NCBI GenBank assembly: GCA_964016885.1
Contig: OZ024753.1
Location: forward strand, 7,006,001-7,070,000
Length of the DNA: 64,000 nt
Reading direction: 5' to 3'
Source of the DNA: Eledone cirrhosa
Lineage: Eukaryota
Below, piece by piece: positions 1 to 12,509 of the stretch. The position numbers were made by a program, and so were the translations under genes. Numbering within the stretch: position 1 is the first letter of the stretch; each line of letters starts with the position of its first letter. A model generated the notes under the pieces. That model did not search any database. It was not told the DNA's origin and saw only the letters and a program-made list of their open reading frames with translations.

Positions 1-11
1 TTTCCCTATAG

Positions 12-345
12 ACTGGTACTTTATTTTATCGACCCCGTAAGGATGAAAGGCAAAGTTAACTTCGGCGTGATTTGAACTGAACTCAGAACGTAAATGGGCA
101 TAGCTCTATGCTGCAAGCAAGGTGTCCGACTCTCTACCAATACTGCCAATCCACCGCCTTTGTTTCTACTTTTGGCACAGGACCAGAAATTCACCAGTAC
201 ATTACTGGTACTTTATTTTATCGAGCCCGTAAGGATGAAAGGCAAAGTTAACCTCGGCGGGATTTGAACTCAGAATGGCAAGGGCCGTAACTCTATGCGT
301 CAAAGCATGGCGCAGGACCCTCTACCGAGACTGCCAATTCACCAT
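12..345 (-). mobile_element. Two tandem copies of tRNA-derived SINE family A
   Basis: Reverse strand shows an A-box-like TGGCAGTAT.GG, B-box GAGTTC and the central motif GCCTTTCATCCTTACGGGGTCGATAAAATAAAGTACCAG (resembles the Meta-SINE central domain). The motif recurs about 35-40 times in the window. Confidence 0.85.
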
Positions 346-628
346 GACAATAATAATAATGATTTCATTTATTGGCCACAAGGGCCAGCATGTAGGGGAC
401 AATTCAAAGACGGGTCAGTGGGGTTTACAGTAAGATTGAGTGAAAATATACAATACCAAAACCAATTTAGCAATGTAAAATATAAAAATAAAATATTTAG
501 GAAAATATAACAAAATATATTCCCCAATAGGGGGTGAACCACCGAGGGGCAACTCAGGTACCCCACCAATCTTGAAAACTTTTGAGGGCACCGGGGATAG
601 GCATCCCTCTCCTCATCAAGTTTAGACA

Positions 629-816
629 TTGGAGGATTTGGGGCTTAAGGTAGAATCCGACTTTAGATCAGCAAACAAAGTATTCTGACACACCATGCAC
701 CGATTCCGTAATAAGAAGTCCCCTTCCACGCCTGCAATCAAGAACTCGTTCAGGGTTCTTGTCTCTGAAGAAAGGCTCATCCTCACGAAATGGACAGAAT
801 ACATTGCTAATCTGTT
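629..816 (+). pseudogene. Decayed RTE-clade LINE ORF fragment (endonuclease-RT linker, Expander/Rex3-like)
   Basis: Translates LEDLGLKVESDFRSANKVF*HTMHRFR...LVSEERLILTKWTEYIANLL, matching the RTE linker pattern WEEFG..ME.DFR.A.K.FWQT.RRLR...RW.EYF..LL. Contains an in-frame stop. Confidence 0.65.
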
Positions 817-909
817 AAAATCTATCAGAACAAGATTTTCTGATGTAGATGAGGTTCATCTTCGAAATATGACTTACGATTCGGAGGCTGAGTTAACCAG
901 ATGAATTAG

Positions 910-966
910 AGCTCAAATGCTGCAAGGCTCAAATGTTGGAAGGCTCAAATGCTGGAAGGCTCAAAT
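910..966. repeat. 16-bp tandem repeat GGCTCAAATGYTGSAA, about 3.5 copies
   Basis: Directly visible in the sequence. Confidence 0.8.
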
Positions 967-1101
967 CAGTAGAATGCAATTTGGCCTCAGATGTTAAACG
1001 TCTTGAATAGTGAATGTATTCTCTGGCTGACGAATGCCCATAATACGAATGCACACAGCCACACGCATATAAACACACAAAAGGACAAACACATTCACAC
1101 T

Positions 1102-1312
1102 TGGCAGTATCGGTAGAGTGTCGGACGTCATGCTTTGCAGCATATAGTTACGGCCCTTTATGATCTGAGTTCAAATCCAACCGAGGTTAACTATGCCTTT
1201 CATTCTTACGGGGTCGATAAAATAAAGTACCAGTCACGCACTGGGATCGATTTAATTGTCTTTTCCCTCCCCCACAAATTGCTGGCCTTGTGCCTATATA
1301 TGAAGAAACCAT
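1102..1312 (+). mobile_element. SINE family A copy
   Basis: TTGGCAGTATCGG ... GAGTTCAAATCC ... GCCTTTCATTCTTACGGGGTCGATAAAATAAAGTACCAG ... GCTGGCCTTGTGCC. Confidence 0.85.
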
Positions 1313-1316
1313 TATA

Positions 1317-1510
1317 TGCAGTAGAAGGACGACGCAGTAGAGGAAGACCACGAAAAACATGGGCGGAGGTGGTGAGAGCAGACCTCAGATCGTTGAAGCT
1401 CACGGAGGAGATGACGAAGGACCGTGACAAGTGGAGAGATGATGTACTGAATAGGACCCGTCCCACCCTTGCAAGCAGGGAAAAACGTACGTAAAATGAT
1501 GATGATGATT
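1317..1510 (+). mobile_element. 5'-truncated RTE LINE 3' end
   Basis: VEGRRSRGRPRKTWAEVVRADLRSLKLTEEMTKDRDKWR is a typical RTE C-terminus (GRP..TW...DR..WR), followed by a short tail ending in (ATG)n. Confidence 0.8.
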
Positions 1511-1598
1511 GAAAAGGAGAGAAAGAAGATTAACCAGACAAACAAAGAGTCTGATAGGCGTAGCTAGATACAATTGTAGTCACAAAATAGGCTATTGA

Positions 1599-2131
1599 CT
1601 AGCAGAAAACCACACGTTAGGCGGTTTTATGCTAGTCTATATATCTAAAACATACAATGTCTGTCTGTCTGTCTGTCAGCTCACTAAAACTTGAGAACCA
1701 TCCAACCGATTGTTTTCAAACTTTAGTCATGTAATACTTATGGTCCTGTGGGTGTTTTGAGCAAAACATATTTCAAATTTTCAATGCCCTAGGGACCAAA
1801 TTATGCGATTTAGCGTTCTCTCTATATAATTCTTAGTCTTTCTTTTTAGATAGATACATAGATATAACGTTGCGCCCTTATAATATCTGTCTGTATGTCT
1901 GGCTGTCTGCATTACGTCATTATGACGCGCTCAGTGTGTGTGTGTGTGTATATATATATATGGATCGTAATGCAGACAGCAAGACATAGCTTTCCTTCCC
2001 CTCTTCCAGCGTCTCTCTCTCTCCCTCCCGCTATCCCCCTCTTGTAGTCTGTCTCTTTCTTTCACTCTCACTCTCTCTCTACGCGTCGGACAGACAGACA
2101 GAGACATTGCTGGTTATATATTATAAGGAGA
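1599..2131 (-). mobile_element. Non-autonomous Helitron-like element
   Basis: Minus strand begins TCTCCTTATAA and ends CTAG. It lies between A and T with no TSD, has a terminal hairpin at 1598-1636 and (TCTG)n near the 5' end. Both ends are shared with 60527-61290. Confidence 0.75.
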
Positions 2132-2538
2132 TACACATAAGCCTACCCCAATGCATAAATCTGCTACGTTGTATTTAGTATAAGTAAACTAACATACTAA
2201 TGCACATCCGTGTAAAATTCATCAACGCAAGAATTTGACAATTTAATGATAACTAAGTAATACATAATTATCAAAGCCGTTATCAAAGCCATTCTTCGGT
2301 AGATTCCGAAGGCAATGTATTTTAGTATATTCTATTTAGTTCTTTTGTTAACTGAACATTTCTTAATGAAGTACATTTGTGGAAGTATCAATTTAAATTA
2401 TGGAGCTACGTTGTTCCTGAGGTGAACTTCTGGCTATTCAAGGCGACAGTATTGTTTTCAGAATTATATAATGATTATATTACATCATGATTAACTATAT
2501 GGAACGACTAGTTGTATCCAGTGATAAACCACCAAATT

Positions 2539-2604
<66 letters not shown>

Positions 2605-2647
2605 TAAAGAATAGAATTACAATTCAGCTTCAGGCATAGTTGTATGC

Positions 2648-2738
2648 AGATATGTATTGGAATTTCGTATTTCAGAAGAAGTACGGTATGTTTAAAAACA
2701 TACCGTACTTCTTATGAAATACGAAATTCCAATACGTA

Positions 2739-2741
<3 letters not shown>
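2648..2741. repeat. Near-perfect hairpin with about 46-bp arms, abutting (TA)n
   Basis: AGATATGTATTGGAATTTCGTATTTCAGAAGAAGTACGGTATGTTT / AAACATACCGTACTTCTTATGAAATACGAAATTCCAATACGTATCT. Confidence 0.9.
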
Positions 2742-2771
<30 letters not shown>

Positions 2772-2874
2772 ATATCTATCTATAGACATATATATATATC
2801 AATATCTATCTATAGACATATATATATATCAATATCTATCTATAGACATATATATATATCAATATCTATCTATA

Positions 2875-2921
<47 letters not shown>

Positions 2922-3025
2922 ATATCTATCTATAGACATATATGTGCATATACGCACACACACATACATACATGCACACACACATACATACATACATACA
3001 TACATACATACATACATACATACAG

Positions 3026-3057
<32 letters not shown>

Positions 3058-3195
3058 ATACAATAAAGAGGGACAAACACAGATATATACATATATGCGT
3101 TCAAATCACAAGGGATAAAAACCGCCAGGGTGAAGAAAATACTGACTAAAGACAATACGGATCATAAGACCCAATTAAAAGGATAAATTAATATT

Positions 3196-3227
<32 letters not shown>

Positions 3228-3443
3228 GGAAGACGATCGACTTTCGTCAAATCGGACCGAGGGAACACTGTTTCCGTTGGTCTTTCCAATTGCTAATACT
3301 ATCTATCGGTCGCAACTCCAGGTAGAAGGAGCAACGTGAAATAAAGTGTCTTGCTCAAGGACATAACGCATGGCCTGGTCCAGGAATCGAACTCACAACC
3401 TTACGATTGCGAATCCAATTCTCTAACCACTGAGCCACACGCC
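3228..3443 (-). mobile_element. tRNA-derived CORE-type SINE family B, flanked by (TA)n
   Basis: Minus strand has A-box TGGCTCAGTGG, B-box GAGTTCGATTCC and CORE-like TGTCCTTGAGCAAGACACTT. A near-identical copy lies at 57538-57752. Confidence 0.8.
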
Positions 3444-3452
3444 TTCACTATA

Positions 3453-3525
<73 letters not shown>

Positions 3526-4999
3526 GAAGATCCTCTAAGGTGAAACAATTGTTCTCGGTATGGTGAACTAACTGTTGTGTTACTACTTCTATATACACAC
3601 ATATATATATATATATATACATACATACATTCATATATATGCCTATATGCTTGCAAGAAAGTTTTCCACGTTAAAAACACTCAAAACCCAGCGTGTGATT
3701 TTAAACCACCTGCCAGATTCAATCTGCTACGCATGTCAACCGAAGATGTCCTGGCCGGATTTGAACTCTAAACGCAAAGGACTCCATAAATGTATTGGGA
3801 TGATCCTTATCGATGCTTACCCGACTATTTTAACTGGTTCAATAAACTGGTATTTTGTTTGTCGGGGGAACGAAAGGCAACATTTATTTTGTTCCGGTTT
3901 GAATTCAGAACGCAAGGCAGCGTAATAGTTGCCTCCAAGTTTTTTTTCGACAGACCTAGAGCTTCTGTCATTTCGCTCCACTGTTAACTGGTCAGAAGTT
4001 CTCTGGCCCTAGTTTGTCTCAAATTCATGCTTAAAGGTATAATATCTTTAATATTATAATCTTATTAATTAATTCATTAGTGTTTGCTAGTTAGACCAAG
4101 ACAGAGTTCAACACTGAAGATAAAAGAACTTAAGTTCGGCATGTCTGCTTACAACGATACTTAATTCGCTAGTAATTTGTAAACATTTCAATAATAGCTA
4201 GTATCAAAGATCGTCTGTTTGTGCTCTGATATGTGTATGAAAATCAGTGACTGCCACTTTATATCTGTGAATGGTACAAACAGAGCTAGTTATCAGCCAT
4301 AATGCGATTATCATTGTAATTAAATACTGAGTGTTAAGCGCTTAATCTCTATGTTTAGTCTTTTGTATGATGCTGATTATGTTATGTAGTCTTGAAGGTG
4401 TTGCTTTTATATTTAAATTGTTGAGAGGTCATGTAAGCTTAAAGTGAAACGTTAATACCAGCTAGAAACGGTTGTTCACTTCTTAATTTCATTTACGTTA
4501 TTGAAACAAAGAAGGAAAAACTAATAACATTTGAAAATGTTCTGAAACACTTTCTGATCAGCTTTAAAGGCTATTCGTTCTTATACTGGTTGGGTCGATG
4601 TATTCGAAGTCACGTTAAGCAGACACTTTCAGACATGTTACAATGATGTGCTTTGTATTCAATTTTAAGACTCTTTCAGACGACTTATATAGTTGTAGCT
4701 GATATATAGCTGTGCACGTCCCACTACGTTTATCATGCGGAATCAGTCGATCTGCATATTAATGTGCATTATAAATAGACATTTTAGTTGTTCAGAGGTG
4801 GTGCCATTAAGTTAGACACGGCCTGGGGCCAATACTGGCCAAAAGTTATCAAAGTTCCTTTCGATTCTTAATTTCCTATAAGGCTGCATGTTTTCATTGC
4901 ACTTCAGAGAGCAAACCTAGGCGACAGGAGTATGTGCAGTGAATAGTTTTCATTTTATATTTTATAGGAATTATTCAATATAACACTTGTGCAAGGTTT

Positions 5000-5173
5000 A
5001 ATAATCGTTTCTACGTTTGGAACAAGGCCAGCAAATACCCAGTACATTACTAGTACTTTATTTTATCGACCCCGCAAGGATGAAAGGCAAAGTTGACCTC
5101 GACGGGATTTGAACTCAGACCGTAAAGGACCGTAACTCTATGCTGGAAAGCATGGCGTTCGACCCTCTACCGA
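5000..5173 (-). mobile_element. SINE family A copy
   Basis: Family motifs on the reverse strand. Confidence 0.85.
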
Positions 5174-5877
5174 TGATAGTTGTATTGGGTTGCGAACTGA
5201 CGCAATGTATGCATACATACAGGCGCACCAAAGTTGCCCTGGTGTAAAATTAATAAAATAAAACCTGAGGGTTGTTCTCATTACCATTATTTTCAAATGG
5301 ACCTCTTAAATATTCAAATTTTCCCCCTGTGGAGTGTGTGCCCCACGTTGGGAATCATTGTGAGAGATGTCTTAAAGAAGATTGGAGTCTCTCGCTCACC
5401 GAAAAATAAAATACGTATATACATTCATACAAACATACTTACATAAATACATACAGTCATCTATATTGTTTTGCTATAGTCCACGCTAATCCATTTATCT
5501 TCCAGTTAGAAAAATTACACATGTTACTAGGGCGACTCCACTATTGATGGATATTGCTTCATTTTTTACACATTTATTTTGGTTTTTAGGTAATGTTTTA
5601 TCTCTGTTTCTTTAACATGATATTAGCATTTTTAATTAATTTTCTCCTTATCAAAGTTGCTTTTGCCCATTTTTTTCTAATACCAGTCTCATATCAATTC
5701 CTCGGGGAAATTGGCACAATTTCTGTAGTAGTGATTATATTATTTTATCATCTCTAACGTAAAGCCTGATGTCGTTCACATAGAAATGATATATCTGTTT
5801 GTCGTCACATATTTTGATCAGAATCTTAACTTGTTTATTACGTTGATTGCATGTGTTGATTATAACAATTATTAACG

Positions 5878-6130
5878 TGGATTGGCAGTATCAGTAGAAA
5901 GTTGTATGCCATTCTTTGCAACATAGAGTTAAGGCCCTTTTCGGTCTGAGTTCAAATTCCGCCGAGGTTAACTTTGCCTTTAATCCTTACGGGGTCGATA
6001 AAATAAAGTACCAGTAATGTACTGGGTATTTGCTGGCCTTGTGCTAAAAGTAGAAATCCTTACGGGGTCGATAAAATAAAGTACCAGTAATGTACTGGGT
6101 ATTTGCTGGCCTTGTGCTAAAAGTAGAAAC
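5878..6130 (+). mobile_element. SINE family A copy with an about 74-bp tandem duplication of its 3' half
   Basis: ATCCTTACGGGGTCG...GCTAAAAGTAGAA occurs at 5983 and again at 6057. Confidence 0.85.
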
Positions 6131-7073
6131 AAATGTTTGTAAGAAATTGTAAACTGCTTCTATAGAATCTGTTACGTTTTTCCCTCTCCCATTCATTTTA
6201 TGGCTAGTCATTTCCGGGAGATTTTTGTCCAAGCCCTATGAAAAATTTCGCGAAATTCTAGACAATGCAGTCCGACCGAGGGGCATTGCAGGATGGGAAT
6301 ATATCAACAGGCACGAAAATGATGTCAGCTGGGTTCGTTGGAGGTGCGTGCAGAGCGACAAAACCGACGTACACGCACTAGTTTGAAGACTGTTGACTTG
6401 GGAATTTATGTAGAACGGCTGCTACTTGCCAGGTGGTGCTACTAACTTAGACATGGCCTTGGCCAACACTGTCCAAAACCTATCAAAGTTATTACTTGTA
6501 GGATGAATCTGGTTAACACCTGAGTCAGTGTGAAGTTCACACCGCAGTACTCTTTGCCTTTTGGCCAGGGCTAAATAAATCGTGACAGACATAATTAAAT
6601 GGGGTGACGACAGGCAATTTCCTCTTTGGCCGAACCTCCATAGAAATTTTCAAGTTTCATTTGGTAAGAAAATTGAGTGTGGAGAGGTACGTGCTACCTT
6701 CCATTAAATTTATGGAAGGCAGAGAGCTGTAATAAGTTTGGCATCAGTACATAAATGACACCTAGGTGTTTGCCTTCAACTGGTAAGAAGTATGAGTATG
6801 GAGATGTATGTGTTACCTTCCATTAAATTTACTGAAATGTGTCTGAGAACAGCGAACATAATACAACATATATATATTAGTATACACCTGTATATTAAAA
6901 TAAAACAAAGACAACTGGATAAAGGCACCTACCTTCCATGAAAGACCTTCTGGAGAGTTTCTTTGTGTATAACAATTTTCCTTTTGTCTTGTTTTCATGT
7001 AAAACAACATTGCTTCCCCCTGAACGGTCATGAACCTTTATAGACAATAAAACAAATATTCTTCTTATTATTA

Positions 7074-7109
<36 letters not shown>

Positions 7110-7268
7110 GTAGTATAGTATTATTTTAGATGTTATTGTCTGTTTTTTTTTTGCTGTTTTCAATTTCTAACTTTTTTTCTTTTTTCAGATCTAATATTAT
7201 CGCTATAAACTTAAGAATTGTAAACTCCTTGCAGTAGATTAGAGAAAAATAGAAAAACATTTCCATTC

Positions 7269-7269
<1 letters not shown>

Positions 7270-7339
<70 letters not shown>

Positions 7340-7686
7340 ACAGCAGAAATAAATATATGTATCAATCGTTTCTTCATTTACCGGAAAGCCCTAACAAAGA
7401 ACTGTAAAGAAGAAGAAAAAGAAAAAAAAAGATATGAAAAAGAAAATGAAGAACGGGAAAGGGAGAACAAGAGAAAGAAGGAAACGAAGAAGAAGAAGAA
7501 CGAAGAAGAAGAACGAAGAAGAACGAAGAAGAAGAAGAACGAAGAACGAAGAAGAACGAAGAAAAACGAAGAAGAAGAACGAAGACGAAGACGAAGAAGA
7601 ACGAAGAAGAACAACGAAGAAGAAGAAGAACAACAACGAAGAAAAAGAAGAAAAAGAAGAAAAGGAAGAAGAAAAAGAAGAAAAAG
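7270..7686. repeat. (GT)n followed by (GAA/GAAC)-rich microsatellite
   Basis: Directly visible in the sequence. Confidence 0.9.
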
Positions 7687-7874
7687 ATGTGCGACAAAAG
7701 GTTCGGTTATCACCTGAAATGAGGCTGGGTTGATAGAGACCTAAAACATCAATTAAACAACCTCCCAGGTGTGTTTTACCGTGTGTCTGCCGGAAGACAA
7801 AATAGCACTTAAAGTGGGAACATCATACACACAAACACATATATACATATACATACAAACACACACACATATAT

Positions 7875-7907
<33 letters not shown>

Positions 7908-8228
7908 CAAACACACACACACATATATATACACACAAATACACACAAACACACACTCATACAAAAACAGATCCATACACGTACTCACACAAATACAAAC
8001 ACACACAAACACACACAAACACTCTCATACTAACATACAAATACACACACACATGTATACATTCATACTGACACACTCACACCAATGCAAATACACACAA
8101 ACTCTCATACACACACAAACACACTCTCATACTAATATACAAACACACACTCATACACACACAGACCCAAACACATTCTCATACACACACACAAACAAAT
8201 ACAAACACACAAAACCCACTTTCATACA

Positions 8229-8275
<47 letters not shown>

Positions 8276-8298
8276 GGTGGAGAGAAGAGTAGAAACAT

Positions 8299-9140
8299 GT
8301 GGTGACGGTGATGGTGAGGCCCAGGGTGGTGGAGTTGTGTAGAATCTACACTGTAGATGATGGTGATGATGGTGGGATGGTCATGGTGGTGGTGATGGTG
8401 GTGGTGATGGTGGTGGTGATGGTGGTGGTGATGGTGGTGGTGATGGTGGTGATGATGGTGGTGGTGATGGTGGTGATGATGGTGATGGTGGTGGTGATGG
8501 TGGTGATGATGGTGATGGTGGTGGTGATGGTGGTGGTGATGGTGATGGTGGTGATGGTGGTGGTGATGGTGGTGGTGATGGTGATGGTGGTGGTGATGGT
8601 GGTGGTGATGGTGGTGATGATGATGGTGGTGATGGTGATGATGATGGTGGTGATAGCGGTGATGATGATAGTGATGATGATAGTGATGATGATAGTGATG
8701 GTGGTGATGGTGATGATGATGGTGGTGGTGATGATGGTGATGGTGGTGATAGCGGTGATGATGATAGTGATGATGATAGTGATGATGATAGTGATGATGA
8801 TAGTGATGGTGGTGATGGTGATGATGATGGTGGTGGTGATGATGATAGTGATGGTGGTGATGATGATAGTGGTGATGATGGTGGTGGTGATGGTGGTGAT
8901 GGTGGTGATGGTGGTGATGGTGGTGATGGTGGTGATGATGATGGTGGTGATGATGATGGTGATGGTGGTGATGATGGTGGTGATGGTGGTGATGGTGATG
9001 GTGGTGGTGATGATGGTGGTGATGGTGGTGATGATGATGGTGGTGATGATGGTGGTGGTGGTGATGATGGTGGTGATGGTGGTGATGATGATGGTGGTGA
9101 TGATGGTGGTGGTGGTGATGATGATGGTGATGGTGGTGGC
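8299..9140. repeat. About 840-bp (GGT/GAT)n trinucleotide array
   Basis: Directly visible. It generates the poly-His, poly-Val/Met and poly-Pro/Ser ORFs. Confidence 0.95.
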
Positions 9141-9984
9141 GATAATGACAATGTTGACAATGACGACGACGATGTGGACAGTTAATTAGTGGTGACAACA
9201 ATAACATATGAAAGATTTTAAGTCGCTGCCTCTGTCGCTGTTGAGATTCCTGCTGCTGTTGGTGCTGGTGATGATGAGGAGGAGGAGGAGGTAGAGGAGA
9301 GGGTAGAGGAGGGAGGTGAGGAGGAGGTTGAGAAGGGAGGTGAGGAAGAGGTAGAGGAGAGAGGTGAGGAGATTCCTGCTGTCATTGGTGCTGATGATGA
9401 TGATGATGATGATGATCAGAAATAGGAGAAAGGAGCAATAGGAGATGAGAGAGAGGAGTGGAGATTCCTGCTGCTGCTGATGATGATGATGAGGAGGAGG
9501 TAGGGGAGCAATAGGAGAAAGGAGGAGGGAGATGAGGGAGGAGACAGGAGCAGAAAGAAGATGGACGATAAAGAGAAAAATAATAAGGAAAATAAAAATA
9601 AAAATCCAATAGAAAGAGAAAAAAGATGAAGACCTCTTCTCTCTTAATTTATTGTAGTTCTTTCACATCGTTTCATTGCAGCAATGAGGTTGGTTAACTA
9701 GAGTAATTACAGTTTAGGGTAGTAACAACCCCCGCCGTTATGTAGTTGATGATGTTAGTATTGGTACTGTGTGTGTGTGTGACAGCTCACACTATGCAGG
9801 TTTAGCTGGCCTCCTCCAAGGTATATCTCGTTGGAGGTGTCTTGGGTAATTTAATGATAGTGACCCCCAGCCCCTATCATCTCATTTCTACAGCTGAGTA
9901 AACTGGAGCAACGTGAAATAAAGTGTCTTGCTCAAAGAAACAACACATCACCCGGTCTGACAATTGCCTTTCATCCTCTCGGGA

Positions 9985-10610
9985 GCCAATAAAGTACCAG
10001 TAATGTACTGGTGTCGATTTAATTGATTTTCTCCCTCCCCAAAATTGTTGGCCCTGCAACTAAATCAGTGGCAGTATCGGTAGAGGGTCGGACGCCATGC
10101 TTTCCAGCATAGTTACGTCCCTTTACGATCTGAGTTCAAATCCTGCCGAGGTTGACTTTGCCTTTCATCCTTACGGGGTCGATAAAATAAAGTACCAGTA
10201 ATGCACTGGAGTAATTGCTGGTCTTGTGCCTAAAGTAGAAACAATTATTATTATTTGTGGTTAACTTTGCCTTTCATCTTTACGGGGGTCGATAAAATAA
10301 AGTACCAGTAATACACTGTTATAATTGCTGGCCTTGTGCCAAAAGTAAAAACAATTATTATTTGTCTTGAACCGTCAATGCCCCATCGCCGGTAGCAGTG
10401 GCAGACCAGGAATCAGAAAACACTAATAGCGGTTGACTTCCTGCTTTGCAGGGCATCGTTACTTTCCTTTACTTTCGGAGTTCTAATCCCACCGAGGTTA
10501 GCTTTGCCTTTCATCCCTACGGGCGTTGATAATATAGAATACCGGTAATGAATTGGGGTCGATTTCATCAACGTTCCGTTTCTTTCAAATTGCTGGCCTT
10601 GTGCCAAATA
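9985..10610 (+). mobile_element. Cluster of 4 full or partial SINE A copies in the same orientation
   Basis: Family motifs at about 9985, 10069, 10258 and 10470. Confidence 0.8.
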
Positions 10611-10693
10611 CTGAAGCTATTCTATAACGAAAAGTTCATGCACGATGTATTTTATAAATACATTGAGATCGAATGATAGCTGAGCCAATGAAA

Positions 10694-10747
<54 letters not shown>

Positions 10748-10786
10748 GATATTAACAAATAGAAACTATATTTATAAAACCATATT

Positions 10787-10845
10787 TATTTCATTATACA
10801 TATTTCATGGACACCAAGTTAAATTATGGTGTGCTTTCATCAGAT
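10787..10845 (-). ncRNA. Hammerhead ribozyme-like motif (core intact, stem I disrupted) in a (TA)n-flanked element
   Basis: Reverse complement reads CUGAUGA-AAGCACACCA UAAUUUAACU UGGUGUCCAU-GAAA-UAUGU-AUA. 10747-10845 is homologous to 49105-49200. Confidence 0.55.
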
Positions 10846-10921
10846 TACTCCAAATATAAATATATTACTCCAGTTATAAAAATATTTGCTTGTTGTATCA
10901 CAACAATTTAAATAGAACTTT

Positions 10922-10961
<40 letters not shown>

Positions 10962-11059
10962 CAGGGAGTGAAACGTAAAGTTACTGTAGATTCACCCACG
11001 TGAGCATATCTATATATGGGTGTCGACAGTTGATCGACAATTTTTATACGCACGCACAC

Positions 11060-11268
11060 ACACACATAAATATATATATATATATATATATATCGACAAT
11101 TTATATATATACCCTCTCTCTCTATATATATATATATATATGCCCCCTCTCTCTATATATATATATGCCCTCTCTCTCCCTCTCTCTATATATATATATG
11201 CCCTCTCTCCCTCTCTCTATATATATATATCGACAATATATATATGCTCTCTCTCTCTGTGTATGTGC

Positions 11269-11311
<43 letters not shown>

Positions 11312-11446
11312 CATATATATATATACATATATACATATACATATATATATATACATATATACATATATATATATACATATATATATATACATATATATAT
11401 ATACATATATATATATACATATATATATATACATATATATATATAC

Positions 11447-11497
<51 letters not shown>

Positions 11498-11560
11498 CAT
11501 ATATATATATACATATATATATATACATATATATATATACATATATATATATACATATAA
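11060..11560. repeat. (TA)n/(TC)n compound microsatellite
   Basis: Directly visible in the sequence. Confidence 0.95.
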
Positions 11561-12154
11561 CTGCTGATATCTTTGTTCAATAAAGAGTGTTTTGAAAAAT
11601 GCTTCAGCTAAGAGACATTACAAATACTAATTTTCTTGATCTTTACAGAAGAAAGATAACACAGCGAATAATCACCGTACAATAACTAATACCACTTGTT
11701 CAGATACGGACCATTTATAATTCTTAGCTTTATCTAAGCTATTTCTAATGTTTTTCATGTAAAAGAATGTTGACAATGACTTTAATATCCTTGTTGAGAT
11801 AAAGACGATGGCTAATTTCCTCATTGTAAGGCAGTCACATTTATAATTACTATTTTAAAAGAAGTCTATTTATAATCTTACAGGCGGAACGTCACTGAAC
11901 GTTGTCCTGTTGAATAAAGGTTCCAGATAAATACCTTGTCTGAAACCAATTTCTAATGTTCTCTAAAGAAAGTATTTTAAGTGGAATATATTTTGGAAAC
12001 GTAAACAAAACATCATTGAAACTAATCTGTGTTGGAATAGTTTCGTGGCATCCAATATTTAACCAAGTGGTTAATGCTTGATTTAATTACACATCAGTAA
12101 ATTAAGGATATAGTTGCTGAAACTTACAATACACTTTTCATTATTATTCTCAAA

Positions 12155-12490
12155 GTCGATAAAATACAGCACCAGTAACGTACTGGGGTCGATTTAATCG
12201 ACTTTCCCCTCTTCCAAAATAGTTGGCCTTGTGCCTAAAGTAGAAACAATTATTATTCTCAAACGCAGGGCAGTGGATTGGCAGAATCGGTCGAGCGTCG
12301 AACACCATGGTTTGCAGTATAAAGTTACGGTCCTTTATGACTAGAGTTCAAATCACGCCGAGGTTTACTTTGACTTTCATCTTTACGGGATCAATAAAAC
12401 AAAGCACCATAATGCACTGGGGTCGATTTAATCAACTTCCTCCCCCCCAAAAATTGCTAGCCTTGTGCCTATACTACAAAACATTATTCT
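12155..12490 (+). mobile_element. Two SINE A copies
   Basis: Family motifs. Confidence 0.8.
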
Positions 12491-12509
12491 TCTCAAACAC
12501 ATAAATCCC

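Noticed and set aside
760-800. CTGAAGA...GAAA hammerhead-like spacing
   Set aside because: It lies within the RTE coding fragment and has no proper stem III or NUH site; chance match.
1102-1185. SINE heads as tRNA genes
   Set aside because: A and B boxes are present but there is no complete cloverleaf, and they are always fused to the SINE body.
4796-4858. About 62-bp similarity with 6431-6491 (GGTGGTGC...TTAGACA.GGCCT.GG...ATCAAAGTT)
   Set aside because: Probably fragments of an old DNA transposon; no termini or ORF to support a call.
8179-9207. 342-aa poly-His ORF and the overlapping poly-Val/Met and Pro/Ser ORFs
   Set aside because: Stop-free readings of a (GGT/GAT)n microsatellite; no flanking domain or splice support.
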